Below are positions 23,490 through 33,593 of a stretch of DNA of 64,000 nt, in pieces. Source of the stretch: Planctomycetota bacterium (lineage in GTDB: Bacteria > Planctomycetota > Phycisphaerae > WQYP01); assembly GCA_021851715.1 (NCBI GenBank), contig JAJZCR010000003.1:6667-70666 (forward strand). Reading direction: 5' to 3'. Position numbers and translations under genes: made by a program. Under the pieces are notes generated by a model. The model was not told the origin of the DNA. It worked only from the letters and a program-made list of their open reading frames with translations, and searched no databases. The first letter of the stretch is position 1; every line of letters starts with the position of its first letter.

Positions 23490-26400
23490 ATGGCTTTCCT
23501 GGATCATCTACGCACAGCATGGTACATACACGCGAGGAACCTTACCGAGCGGCGCGCCCGCCAGGGCCGGAGGCACGTGTCGAGGCGTCAGCGCCGGCTG
23601 CTTTTTGAAGCGCTGGAGCCGCGTGTTCTGCTGTCCGCCAGCGGCGGCTTTACCAACGCCGGACTGGAAGGCCAGTATTTCAACAACACCACCCTCTCCG
23701 GCGCAGCGAGCTTCGTGCGGTCCGACGTGCGCATTGACTTTAACTGGGGTTCCGGCAGCACTACCCAAGCCCCCGGCGGGTCCACCGATCCCGGCTATAG
23801 CGCCGTCGGTGCCAACAACTGGTCTGCGGAATGGACCGGCTCGGTGATCCCCGCCTTCAGCGAAACCTACACCTTCACGGCCACCGCCGACGACGGCGTG
23901 CGGTTGTATATCAAACCCACCGGCACCAGCACCTGGACCACGCTGATCAATAACTGGACCAACAGCAACGTCACCGCGTACAGCGCCAACTATACCCTGA
24001 CTGCCGGAACCAGTTACGACATCGAGCTCCAGCATTATCAAGCCACGGACCCAAGTGAACTGATCCTCCAATGGTCCAGCCCCTCCACGCCGCAAGCCGT
24101 CATCGGACCGCTGACAGAGACGGGCCTGAACAACCCCGACTGGACGGCGGCCTACACCAATCTTGTCAACGGTGCCCGTAATTCATGGAGCGGTGTCAAT
24201 GGCAATCCCGCTCCGGCCATGGATGCCAATGGTTGGCCGGAAGGTGACGGTGAGTATGTATTTCAGGAGAGTCTTAATCAAGGCCTTGGCATCGACCCTT
24301 TAATGCTTGGAACCATCAACTTCAGCTTCAATGGCTCAGCGGACGTGTCCATCATGGGAAACGTAAACAGATCCTCGCTGACCTACAGTTACAACGCCAC
24401 CACCAATACCACCACCGGGAGCTTTACCACGGTGGACAATAATATTAACGCCAGCTTTTTCATCTTCACCAACTCCAGCCGCACCGGCGTGGCTGGTGGT
24501 CCCGGCGGCATCACGAACCTGAAGTTGATGCGTCCCATCTCGCCCGGGGCCACTACCAGTTACGCCACCGGTACCACATTTACAACCCCAATGGAATCGG
24601 CGTTGAGCAATTTCACGGCCATCCGCTTCCAACTCGTAGCCAATCAACAAGTCAACTGGTCCGATCGCACCAGTCCTAACTATTTTAACCAGAGTTTCGG
24701 GGCCGTCACGAATCCACAGCTCGGCGTAGGCGGCCCGTCAAACGACGGGCCAAGTTGGGAAAATGAAATCATGCTCTGCAATGAAACCGGCCGCGATATG
24801 ATGATCAGCCTGCCTCCCCTGGCCAATGATCAGTACATCACCAACCTGGCCAACCTGCTCAGATACGGCTCCGATGCCAACGGCAATCCCTATACCGCAC
24901 CCACCGCCAACCCGGTTCATCCCGGCTTGAATTCCAATTTGCACGTGTATCTTGAGCTGGGCAACGAATTATGGAATTTTGCCGGCATTTTCAGTACCGA
25001 TTTCAATAATATCAATGCTCTGACCGCCCAGCATGTGCAGGCCAATGACGCGGACTTTCAGATTGTCAATTACGATAATCTCAGCACGGCCACCAATGCC
25101 AGCGGCCAGTACGTCTCTATGAACACATGGCGTTATCGCATGATCGTGTTGCGCATGGTCCAGATCAGCAACATTTTCCGCAGCGTGTATGGCGATGCCG
25201 CCATGCCCAATTCCGGCAACTCCAACGCCACCATCCGTCCCCTTTACGAGTGGCAATACGGAAACTTGAATAACACCGCTGAACTGGGCTTAAACTGGGC
25301 CCAAAATTATTTTGACAACGCCGATGGGGTCCAGCATGTGACCACGCCGGAACCGATCAATTATTACCTTTGGGGCGGCGGCGGAGCGACTTACTACGGC
25401 GGCGACAACAGCGAAGGCCTGACCAATCTTCCGGCCGACAACAATTTCTACACCAGCACGCCGCTACCAGCCGGTTATAACCAGGATCCGACCGGTACGC
25501 CCTTCACCTTCACCGGTACCGCCGGTATCGCCGGTTATACCGCCGGCAATGCGCTGGGTATCCCACAACCGGACAACAGCCTTTATGGCGGTGACGGCAG
25601 CTACAGCAATCAGGTCGGCTACATCACCGATGCGGGCCAAATGTCCTTTACTTTTACCACGCCGACAAACCAAACCTCAGACCTTTACGCCTTTAGCTTC
25701 AAGGCCGTGAATCGCACCGAATCCACCGGCACGGTGGACCAGGAGAACCTGCGCGTGTACCTTGATTACGGTACCGCCAACCAAGTAGATATTACCGCAA
25801 AATCCTACAGCCAAGGCAACGGTTATACGCCGGCCAGTTATGCCCAGGCCGGTTCCGATTGGGAATCCCGCGTTGTGGCGTGGACGATGTCCGATTATTA
25901 CTACACGCAAAGCACTGCTCTGGCCGCCGGTAGCACGCACACGATTACCATCGTGGGTGAGGGCGATATCGCCAATCCCAGCCTTACAAACCAGACGGCG
26001 TTTTTCACCGATGTGCGCGTGACCAGTGTGGATGCAATTTTTGCCGGAGGCATTCCTGCCGGTGGTGATGCGACCGGTCAACCGGTTGGTTCCGATTTGG
26101 TCAACACCATGAATGTGGAGGCCAATTGGGCCAAGGCTTTCGGTTTGCAGGAGCTTTCCTACGAGGGTGGCTGGTCGTTGGGGGGTGATGACGGCGGATC
26201 GTGGATACAACTTGACGCCAAATACGGCGATCCGCGCACCGCAACCGCCCAGCAGACTTATATGAATGAATTTTATCAGGCCGGTAGTTCGGTCAGCATG
26301 TTGGGTACCTATGCCCAATGGCCTGATTGGAGTGATTATTACGCCCAGCAGGGGCTATTGAATATCACGCAGTATCCCATTGTGCAGGGCATTAATAATG

Positions 26401-26855
26401 CCGCCAACACCCTGCCGCCGACGGCCACCAACGGCATTTTGGCGCCCGCCGTTTTAACTCCCGCCACCGCCTGTATTGTCGAAGGCACCGGTACGCTTGG
26501 CCAAATTACTACCGCCGGCGGCTTTATCAACTGGATGGTCGTTGTACCGACCAGCGGCTACTATACCTTGAATCTGACCACCAGCGGCAGCGGCGGCACT
26601 GCGGTGATTCTGGCGGACAGTGCCGTGGTTAACAGTGGTGCCAGTGGCGGCGGGGGCGAATTTTGCCCCTGGCAGGTGGCCAATCTGTTAATGGAAAGCC
26701 ACCAGGGCGAACCGTTTTCACAGACGGCCATGCCGGGGTCCATACCCGCTCATGGCGGGGTGATCAACGCCGGATTTGCGGATGGACACGTGGAGTCCAT
26801 CAATTCCATCCAAGCCTTTGCCACCGCGTGTACCCCGGCCAACGCCCTTCGCTAG
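23490..26855 (+). CDS. Paralogue A: LEPR-XLL leader + PA14 + GH-A-like barrel with insert + in-frame H-X9-DG prepilin tail
   Basis: RRLLFEALEPRVLLS leader; PA14 (IDFNWG...W.G...DDGVRL); ELGNELWN and SYEGGW motifs; the last 67 codons match the C-terminus of 37060..37992. Confidence 0.85.
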   Translation: MAFLDHLRTAWYIHARNLTERRARQGRRHVSRRQRRLLFEALEPRVLLSASGGFTNAGLEGQYFNNTTLSGAASFVRSDVRIDFNWGSGSTTQAPGGSTDPGYSAVGANNWSAEWTGSVIPAFSETYTFTATADDGVRLYIKPTGTSTWTTLINNWTNSNVTAYSANYTLTAGTSYDIELQHYQATDPSELILQWSSPSTPQAVIGPLTETGLNNPDWTAAYTNLVNGARNSWSGVNGNPAPAMDANGWPEGDGEYVFQESLNQGLGIDPLMLGTINFSFNGSADVSIMGNVNRSSLTYSYNATTNTTTGSFTTVDNNINASFFIFTNSSRTGVAGGPGGITNLKLMRPISPGATTSYATGTTFTTPMESALSNFTAIRFQLVANQQVNWSDRTSPNYFNQSFGAVTNPQLGVGGPSNDGPSWENEIMLCNETGRDMMISLPPLANDQYITNLANLLRYGSDANGNPYTAPTANPVHPGLNSNLHVYLELGNELWNFAGIFSTDFNNINALTAQHVQANDADFQIVNYDNLSTATNASGQYVSMNTWRYRMIVLRMVQISNIFRSVYGDAAMPNSGNSNATIRPLYEWQYGNLNNTAELGLNWAQNYFDNADGVQHVTTPEPINYYLWGGGGATYYGGDNSEGLTNLPADNNFYTSTPLPAGYNQDPTGTPFTFTGTAGIAGYTAGNALGIPQPDNSLYGGDGSYSNQVGYITDAGQMSFTFTTPTNQTSDLYAFSFKAVNRTESTGTVDQENLRVYLDYGTANQVDITAKSYSQGNGYTPASYAQAGSDWESRVVAWTMSDYYYTQSTALAAGSTHTITIVGEGDIANPSLTNQTAFFTDVRVTSVDAIFAGGIPAGGDATGQPVGSDLVNTMNVEANWAKAFGLQELSYEGGWSLGGDDGGSWIQLDAKYGDPRTATAQQTYMNEFYQAGSSVSMLGTYAQWPDWSDYYAQQGLLNITQYPIVQGINNAANTLPPTATNGILAPAVLTPATACIVEGTGTLGQITTAGGFINWMVVVPTSGYYTLNLTTSGSGGTAVILADSAVVNSGASGGGGEFCPWQVANLLMESHQGEPFSQTAMPGSIPAHGGVINAGFADGHVESINSIQAFATACTPANALR
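26653..26855 (+). repeat. Copy 1 of the prepilin 3'-end (H-X9-DG) repeat
   Basis: 203 nt, 11 mismatches to 37790..37992 by manual alignment (about 95%). Confidence 0.95.
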
Positions 26856-26940
26856 CGGCCCCGGGGCCGGCTGGGTCCCTTTGGCCGCGGCAAAGCTATG
26901 TTGACATGGCCTGCGGCGATAGGGGCATCGCCGGCTGCGG
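26856..26940 (+). repeat. Diverged spacer homologous to 37993..38104
   Basis: Shared blocks such as ggccggctgggtccct/ggccgaccgggcccct and gcggcgataggggcatcgccggctgcgg/gcggcgatgggggcatcgctggctacgg. Confidence 0.7.
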
Positions 26941-27085
26941 CTGGCATCCTCGCCGTCGCCGCCGGACACATCGCGGAAGATGAATCATGCTCAGGGACCA
27001 GACCGGGAAAGAGCAGTCGGTTTTTCTGCGGTACCGGTCGCAACCGAGCCCTATGCGAAAGCGGCCTCATATTAAAGGATAAAAC

Positions 27086-29233
27086 ATGCCCAAGTCGAAT
27101 CGGATGAACCGCCGGGAAATGTTGTCTCGCATGGCTCAACTGGGAGTCGCAGCAGGTGCCGGTGCTGTGCTGGCGAAGAACAGCCTTGCCGGCTTGCCCG
27201 GCAGGGTCATTGCCAATGCTTCCGGGCGCGGCCGTCTGGAAGCCACGGCTTCCACGGGCCGTGGGCTGAATCAGTTCGGCATGAATGTATGGAGTTGCAG
27301 CGACTGGGACGGCAGTTTTGCCTTTGTCGATGCCATGAAGCAAGCACGGCAATGGCAGACTCCCAACATGCGGGCCATGGCCTCGTACGACGGTCTGGGC
27401 TGGCCGACCCAGGACGCCGGAACTGTGGTTTATACCGGCAACGCGGAGCACATCAATGGTATATACAAGCTGCTTTTTCAAGGGCAGGGGGTCATTCGCC
27501 CCGTGTACGGTTCCCCGATGACCGTGGCCGGCCAGCGCTACGATGCCGCCACCAATACCACCACTGCCGATATAACCTTTAAGCTTTCTCCCACCGGGGC
27601 GAGCCAATCGGTTGGTTTGGCGATTCTCGATTCCAAACGCGCGCCGCACTCACCCCAAGGGTCCGGGTTTACCAACGTGCGCCTGTACCGGCCAGGTTAT
27701 CCCACCAACGGAAGCGTGGTATTCACCGATTATTACGTGAAGGCCATGCAGTTTGGCAGCGTCATCCGCACCATGGACTGGACGGCGACCAACGGCAATA
27801 CCGTGGTCCACTGGGCGGACCGGCAAACCCCGCTGACGTTCTACAAGCCGTGCCCGCCATACATTCAAGCGGGCGGCGGACGGTTGGGCGGCACCGCGCT
27901 GGGGGTAGCACTGGAGCACCAGATTCAGTTGGCCAACCAGACCCAACGCGATCTGTGGATCAATGTACCCGTGGCGGCCGATGATGATTTTGTAACGAAA
28001 ATGGCGCAGGCCCTTCGCTATGGCACCGATGGCACGAATCCTTACACTTCGCCGCAGGCCGATCCAAAATATCCTCCGCTGGATGCGGGCTTGAATGTCT
28101 ATGTGGAATTTGCCAATGAAACCTGGAATTATGCCGGTGGGTTCTGGTGCTTTTATGTGCTCATGGATATGGTGAAAAAACTGCCGGCTTCGCATCCGAT
28201 TAAGGCCATTGACCCGCAAAATAACATTTATTACACAGCGTATCGCTATACCGCATACCGGATATCACAAATCAGCGATTTATTCCGATCGGTCTTCGGC
28301 GATGCGGACATGATGCAGCGGGTGCGGCCGCAGTTGATGTGGCAGAAAGGCACCGGTGGCACTTTTGGCGAAGGGTTCACCCAAATGTGCTGGCTGGATG
28401 CCTATGGCGGCAAACAGCACCCACCCCGAACGGTGCGGAGCTATATCCATGGTGCGGGCGGTTCCGCCTACTATGGCGTCAACAAGTTGTCCGCCAATCC
28501 GGATCAATACTTTGCGGCCGGCAATTACCCGGATACAAAAACCGTTCTCGCCTTTCGTAATGACGCCATGGCTGCTAAAAATTGGGGAGTGCAGCGCGTA
28601 GCCTACGAGGGCGGCGATGGCGTGGACGGCCTGCCGACCGCCCAAATCTTGGCCATCAATGCCGATCCGCGCATGAAAACCATGACGGAATTCATGCAAA
28701 ACTACTATGCCCAACAGGGCGGAGACCTGCTGATGTACTACACCGTCGTCGGGCCGGCGGACTGGGAATTCACACCCGACATCATGAATCTCAATACGCC
28801 CAAGTTTAACGCTTTGAAGGCTCTGAAACATGGGCAGCGGGACGCGGTAACCCTTGGGCAGGCCCTACCCGGTACGCTGTGGTGTGGCGAGGTTCCAGGC
28901 GTCGGTACCGCCGGCCCCTACAGCACCAAATACAATGGCCATCGCGTTCTGGGCGGCTTTCGCAACCCCGGAACCTGGCTGGCCTTTCCGGGGCACACCG
29001 CCGCGCCTTTCACCGCTGATGTCACTGTTCAAGGCCGGCCCGGCGTGCCCAGTGTGCTGGCTATCTGGATCAACGGCATCAGATTCGGTACGGTTGATAT
29101 GACCCAACGCAATAAGGTCTGCTGGAGCAGCGTGCTTGGCAGGGTACGCATTGCGGCCGGACTGGTGATGGTGCGTGTGGAACTGGTAAGCGGCAGTCTG
29201 GACTTGTACTCGCTCAGGGTGCGCCGGGCCTGA
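27086..29233 (+). CDS. Paralogue B: Tat-exported GH-A-like protein, no PA14, no barrel insert
   Basis: NRREML twin-arginine leader; IRTMDW, EFANETWN and AYEGGDG motifs; C-terminal beta-sandwich. Confidence 0.85.
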   Translation: MPKSNRMNRREMLSRMAQLGVAAGAGAVLAKNSLAGLPGRVIANASGRGRLEATASTGRGLNQFGMNVWSCSDWDGSFAFVDAMKQARQWQTPNMRAMASYDGLGWPTQDAGTVVYTGNAEHINGIYKLLFQGQGVIRPVYGSPMTVAGQRYDAATNTTTADITFKLSPTGASQSVGLAILDSKRAPHSPQGSGFTNVRLYRPGYPTNGSVVFTDYYVKAMQFGSVIRTMDWTATNGNTVVHWADRQTPLTFYKPCPPYIQAGGGRLGGTALGVALEHQIQLANQTQRDLWINVPVAADDDFVTKMAQALRYGTDGTNPYTSPQADPKYPPLDAGLNVYVEFANETWNYAGGFWCFYVLMDMVKKLPASHPIKAIDPQNNIYYTAYRYTAYRISQISDLFRSVFGDADMMQRVRPQLMWQKGTGGTFGEGFTQMCWLDAYGGKQHPPRTVRSYIHGAGGSAYYGVNKLSANPDQYFAAGNYPDTKTVLAFRNDAMAAKNWGVQRVAYEGGDGVDGLPTAQILAINADPRMKTMTEFMQNYYAQQGGDLLMYYTVVGPADWEFTPDIMNLNTPKFNALKALKHGQRDAVTLGQALPGTLWCGEVPGVGTAGPYSTKYNGHRVLGGFRNPGTWLAFPGHTAAPFTADVTVQGRPGVPSVLAIWINGIRFGTVDMTQRNKVCWSSVLGRVRIAAGLVMVRVELVSGSLDLYSLRVRRA

Positions 29234-29395
29234 GATCGCAAGCCCGCAATTGTGGCTGGAACAGAGCACTAGTCGCTGCGACTGGCCCAACATAACGGTG
29301 CATGATCCGGCATGGCCCGCTGTTTCAGCGATGCAATCGGCGATAACGGCCTGGATTTTTTTTGTACAGACGGACAAAGGCGCAGATAAAGCCGG

Positions 29396-29742
29396 AGGCG
29401 GTGGCCCGGCGGTCATCTTAAACCAGATTCCAGGTGATGAAATGTTGCTTTCGGACTGCAGTTTGTATTCCAAATGTGGCGGGTTTTCAATATGACTATT
29501 CCCTCACCGAGGTCAATGCGAGTTATACCGTGGCCGGTTGGGGCGACTTTTGCCCCTGGCCGGTGGCCACCCTGTTAATGGAAAGCCGCCAGGGCGAACC
29601 GTTCCCGCAGACGGCCATGCCGGGGTCCATACCCGCTCATGGCGGGGTGATCAACTCCGGATTTGCGGATGGACACGTGGAGTCCATCAATTCCATCCAA
29701 GCCTTTGCCACCGCATGTACCCCGGCCAACGCCCTCCGTTAA
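29396..29742 (+). pseudogene. Copy 2 of the prepilin 3' end: 5'-truncated, frameshifted fragment
   Basis: 347 nt, about 97% identical to 37647..37992, with an extra A (TATTCCAAATG vs TATTCCAATG) near 29473. No prepilin N-terminus upstream. Confidence 0.9.
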
Positions 29743-30053
29743 GGCCAAGTCCTTAAGGCACGCTTCCCGCGCGTCGTGGATAAGACGCGCCGAATTTGGT
29801 CCGGTCTCAAGGTTGGCCTCGGTAACTGTTCTTGTGATGTTTTCATGTACAATCCAGGTCCGTGTCCGGGACTCTGCAGTATGAATTTACGTGCTGTGGA
29901 TCCGGCGCTTATTTCCACGGCCGCGCCGCCGCTCGCCCATCGCCGCAATAAACTCTGCTGCGGAACGTTGTGAATCTCATCGTCCGCCTCGCCGTGAACG
30001 GCTGTTGAACCTTGAGTGATTGTTTCAACAATTACCATTGAAGGGATTTTGCC

Positions 30054-33000
30054 ATGATTTTTCGCCAGTCATATTCAACCATACGACAGATACTCCTGCC
30101 GCTGATTGTGCTGATCGCCACCGGCCCGTTGTGCTGGTCCGCGACCCGGGCCGGTGTGGCCGGCGGATTGATGAACGCCGGCATTGTCGGCAGTTATTTT
30201 TCCAATACGCATTTTGCCGGCACGCCCACCTTCACCCGGCGCGATGACCGCATCGATTTTAACTGGGGCCGATACCGCCCGGTCGGCGGATCCAATACGC
30301 CCCAATACCACAACTTTCCACGCCGCAATTTCTCCGTGCGCTGGAGTGGCCGGGTGATGCCAGGCTATGCCGGCAAGTATATATTTACAGTTGCTTCCGA
30401 CGATGGCGCGGTGCTCACCATTCAAGGGCCGGCGTCGGCACATCCGCATACCATCATGGACAGCCGGCAACCTGGAAAGGCCCAGAGCCGGCCCGTGCAG
30501 TTGGCTGCAGGCAAGGCATATCGTTTGATTCTAAGTTACCGGCATACGTCGGGCATCGCCTATTGCCGGCTGCTGTGGAACAAAGTTGGTTCCCCGGTGC
30601 GGGTCATGGGCCCGTTGCGGGCTCAAGGCATTAACGCTACCTCCTGGGCGAAATATGTATGGGCGAATGCGGTGCGCGAAGCCTGCAACTGGTACAGGGG
30701 CAAGTCCAACGCTCACGGGGAGCTTGTCACGAACGGCACGTTGGTGGCGTATGCGGGCCGCGGCACCTACACCATGCTGTTCCACGGCCGGGCCAACGTG
30801 CAACTGCAACTGGTCCCCGGTGATTTTACCGTTGGGTCGAAGAAGTATGCGCCGACACTTCCCGCCGGGGCCGGTTACGATGCCGCCACCAACACGACAG
30901 CGGCCCAGTTGCATATCCATGGCAACCGCGGGATGTTCTTTCTAGCTTTCAAGGATACGCGGAAAAATGCGTCCGCGGCCGCGGGCACGGGTATCACCCA
31001 CCTGCAGCTTTATATGCCCATGTTTCCCGGAGCCAAAAAGTCCGAGCCGGTCGGCACGGTTGTTTACCCACCGATCCGCCGGGCGTTTTCGCACTTTACC
31101 GTTATTCGCTGGCTCGAACAGGCCAATCTGGTGGAAACCGGCCGCTGGCGGGACCGCACCGTTCCGGGCGATCTGTTTTTCACCGCCCACGCTTATGCCA
31201 ATAACAACGGCGGTGAATGCTGGGAAGACCTGGTCATGCTGGCCAACGAAACCGGAAAAGACCTGTACATTACCATGCCCGTAGCCGCCAACCATGCTTA
31301 TTTCAAGAAGCTGGCCCTGCTGCTTAAATACGGCTCTAACGGCAAGGAGCCATACACGTCCATGCGGCCCGATCCGGTTTTCCCGCCGCTGAACCCCAAT
31401 TTAAAGGTCTATTTTGAAGTCGGCAATGAAATCTGGAACTGGGCCTTTGGTTCCAGCTTCCAGGCTGGGCAGATATCTCAACGTGAAATAAAGGCAGGCT
31501 CTGCGGCTGCCAAGATATTCAACTACAATGGTCACGGCAATTACCGCACCTGGCAGGTCTGGCGAACCGTGGTCGCCAGCAATACGTTTCGTTTGGTTTT
31601 CGGCAACAAGGCCATGGGCACCCGCATTCGTCCTTTGCTGGAAGATCAATACAACAACTACAACCTCACGGCCTGGTACTCTTTGAACTTTCTGGACGGC
31701 TACTATGACAACGGCACCGGCCACAACGTGGCCCACCCGCATCCGGTGAACTATTACATCTGGGGTGGCGGCGGTGCTACCTATTACGGTGTCGGCAATC
31801 CGCTGGGACTCCAGCACCGGATACGGTTTGCCGATGCCGGCTTCGAGCAGCCGGTGCTGCCGGATTATTCCGTCAAAAAAGACCCCGCCGGGACCCCATG
31901 GCATTTTCAGGGTGACGCGGGCATTTATCGCTGGGCTTCCCACGCCGTGGCCGGCTTCGCGGGCGGAAAGCTCCACAATTGCAACACCAAACAGGCCGTC
32001 GGTATGCAGTTCAGCGTGGGACCGCGGCCGATATTGGTTCACGCGATGGGAGGTTATCTCAACGGATTCATGCCTTCCGCGGCGGTGGTGCTTCTGAACG
32101 CGTCGAATCACAAGGTTCTGGCACGCGTGGTGTTGCCGCAGCAGCGGCCGGCCGATGCATTTTCCGGCGTCTTTTTGATCCGGCTTCAAGCGCCGCTTCA
32201 ACTTGAGCCCGGCCAAAAGTATGATCTTCTGGAAACGCCCCTGCAATACTGGTCCTGGCATCCCTTTACCCTCTATGGTGCCGGCACCAACATCGTGGCC
32301 GGACCGGGAGTTTCCGTGCTGGGGCCGGTTTCCGCCGCAGTGACATCGCCCGATCCGGGCCGATGGACTCTGCACTTCCATTCCGCCGTTGGACACGCCT
32401 GCGGACCCGTGGATTTCGACTATAGCAGTTCACCTTCACCATCTCATGCGGTCGCTTTTCCGAAACCTCTTGCCGGCTGCCAGGCGGCGTTTATCCGCGG
32501 CCGCGGCTCGATGGCACAAACGGTTAACTTCTCCAAGCCCGGTGATTATGCGCTGCTGTTTAATGCCGCTGGTTCCGGCAAGGGTTGGCCCAGTTACACT
32601 CCATTTCAAGTCCTGTGCGACAACCACAACGCCAGTCCGGCCCAGCAGAACAGCGATTTGATTGCACCCACGGCGGCCATAGGCGGGTGGGGCCGGCAGA
32701 TTAAAAACTTGCGGGAACACTACGGCAGTGCCGTATTTCACGTGGCCACGGCCGGACCGCATGTCATCCGTATTCAGGGCATGGGCAAAGGCGGAAAAGC
32801 GCCCCGGCCGTTTATTGTCTTTGATCACATCCGAATCTGCAGCGTGGCCAGCATCATCAACAGTGGGTTTTCTTCCGGCCAGGCGGCCGGGCAGGTAAGC
32901 CAGAACAACTATGCCAGGCAACTCAACGGCCAGGCCCAGTACCCCACGGCATTCGGCCTGCACGTGGTCGCCTACGAAGCCGGCTGGTCTTTGGGTGGAG

Positions 33001-33548
33001 ATTTTGGCAGCGTGCCCATCCAGGCTTTTGCCAAGTTCCATGCCCCCGGTGCCACCACCATCAATAACGCTGCAGGCGAAATTTTCGCCCACAGTGGCGG
33101 GTTTCTTAATGTGTGGGGTGTCTACGGCTATTGGCCCTCATACAACATCGCCCATGCCGGACGCTATCCTCTGATGAAGAGTGTCATTCATCTTGCGAAT
33201 ACCGTGCCGCCCGCTTCCAATGCGGGAATTGCCCTGCCGGCAACGCTTTCGTCGACCAATGCCATCCAGTGGACCTGGCAGAAACCTGTCGCTGAACTGG
33301 GCCGCCCTGGTGCCTGGCTGAGTTGGATTGTCTGCAATCGCACGCCGCATACCGCTGTTTTTCATCTGAAGGTTCAAGCTTCCGGCAACGGCCGGTATGA
33401 TGTGTTGGTGGACGGTCGTGAGCTTGTTGCCAATCAGCCCGTCGCCCACGAGGTCGCGGTCACCGTACACCTTGCACCAGGAGATCATGGCATTCTCGTG
33501 CGCAACGCCGGCGGGGCCATGTCCATCCAGGCTGTAACCTGCCGTTAA
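30054..33548 (+). CDS. Paralogue C: Sec signal + PA14 + GH-A-like barrel with large insert + C-terminal beta-sandwich
   Basis: Signal peptide; PA14 (RIDFNWG, SDDGA); EVGNEIWN and AYEAGW motifs. Confidence 0.85.
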   Translation: MIFRQSYSTIRQILLPLIVLIATGPLCWSATRAGVAGGLMNAGIVGSYFSNTHFAGTPTFTRRDDRIDFNWGRYRPVGGSNTPQYHNFPRRNFSVRWSGRVMPGYAGKYIFTVASDDGAVLTIQGPASAHPHTIMDSRQPGKAQSRPVQLAAGKAYRLILSYRHTSGIAYCRLLWNKVGSPVRVMGPLRAQGINATSWAKYVWANAVREACNWYRGKSNAHGELVTNGTLVAYAGRGTYTMLFHGRANVQLQLVPGDFTVGSKKYAPTLPAGAGYDAATNTTAAQLHIHGNRGMFFLAFKDTRKNASAAAGTGITHLQLYMPMFPGAKKSEPVGTVVYPPIRRAFSHFTVIRWLEQANLVETGRWRDRTVPGDLFFTAHAYANNNGGECWEDLVMLANETGKDLYITMPVAANHAYFKKLALLLKYGSNGKEPYTSMRPDPVFPPLNPNLKVYFEVGNEIWNWAFGSSFQAGQISQREIKAGSAAAKIFNYNGHGNYRTWQVWRTVVASNTFRLVFGNKAMGTRIRPLLEDQYNNYNLTAWYSLNFLDGYYDNGTGHNVAHPHPVNYYIWGGGGATYYGVGNPLGLQHRIRFADAGFEQPVLPDYSVKKDPAGTPWHFQGDAGIYRWASHAVAGFAGGKLHNCNTKQAVGMQFSVGPRPILVHAMGGYLNGFMPSAAVVLLNASNHKVLARVVLPQQRPADAFSGVFLIRLQAPLQLEPGQKYDLLETPLQYWSWHPFTLYGAGTNIVAGPGVSVLGPVSAAVTSPDPGRWTLHFHSAVGHACGPVDFDYSSSPSPSHAVAFPKPLAGCQAAFIRGRGSMAQTVNFSKPGDYALLFNAAGSGKGWPSYTPFQVLCDNHNASPAQQNSDLIAPTAAIGGWGRQIKNLREHYGSAVFHVATAGPHVIRIQGMGKGGKAPRPFIVFDHIRICSVASIINSGFSSGQAAGQVSQNNYARQLNGQAQYPTAFGLHVVAYEAGWSLGGDFGSVPIQAFAKFHAPGATTINNAAGEIFAHSGGFLNVWGVYGYWPSYNIAHAGRYPLMKSVIHLANTVPPASNAGIALPATLSSTNAIQWTWQKPVAELGRPGAWLSWIVCNRTPHTAVFHLKVQASGNGRYDVLVDGRELVANQPVAHEVAVTVHLAPGDHGILVRNAGGAMSIQAVTCR

Positions 33549-33593
33549 GCGGCTTTGTCGCCGGCGTATGCCGGCATAATAAGGTGCTTTATC

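Noticed and set aside
29743-30053. Gene fragments in the spacer before paralogue C and in 56760-56990
   Set aside because: Short protein-like stretches are present but with no recognisable motif or consistent frame.
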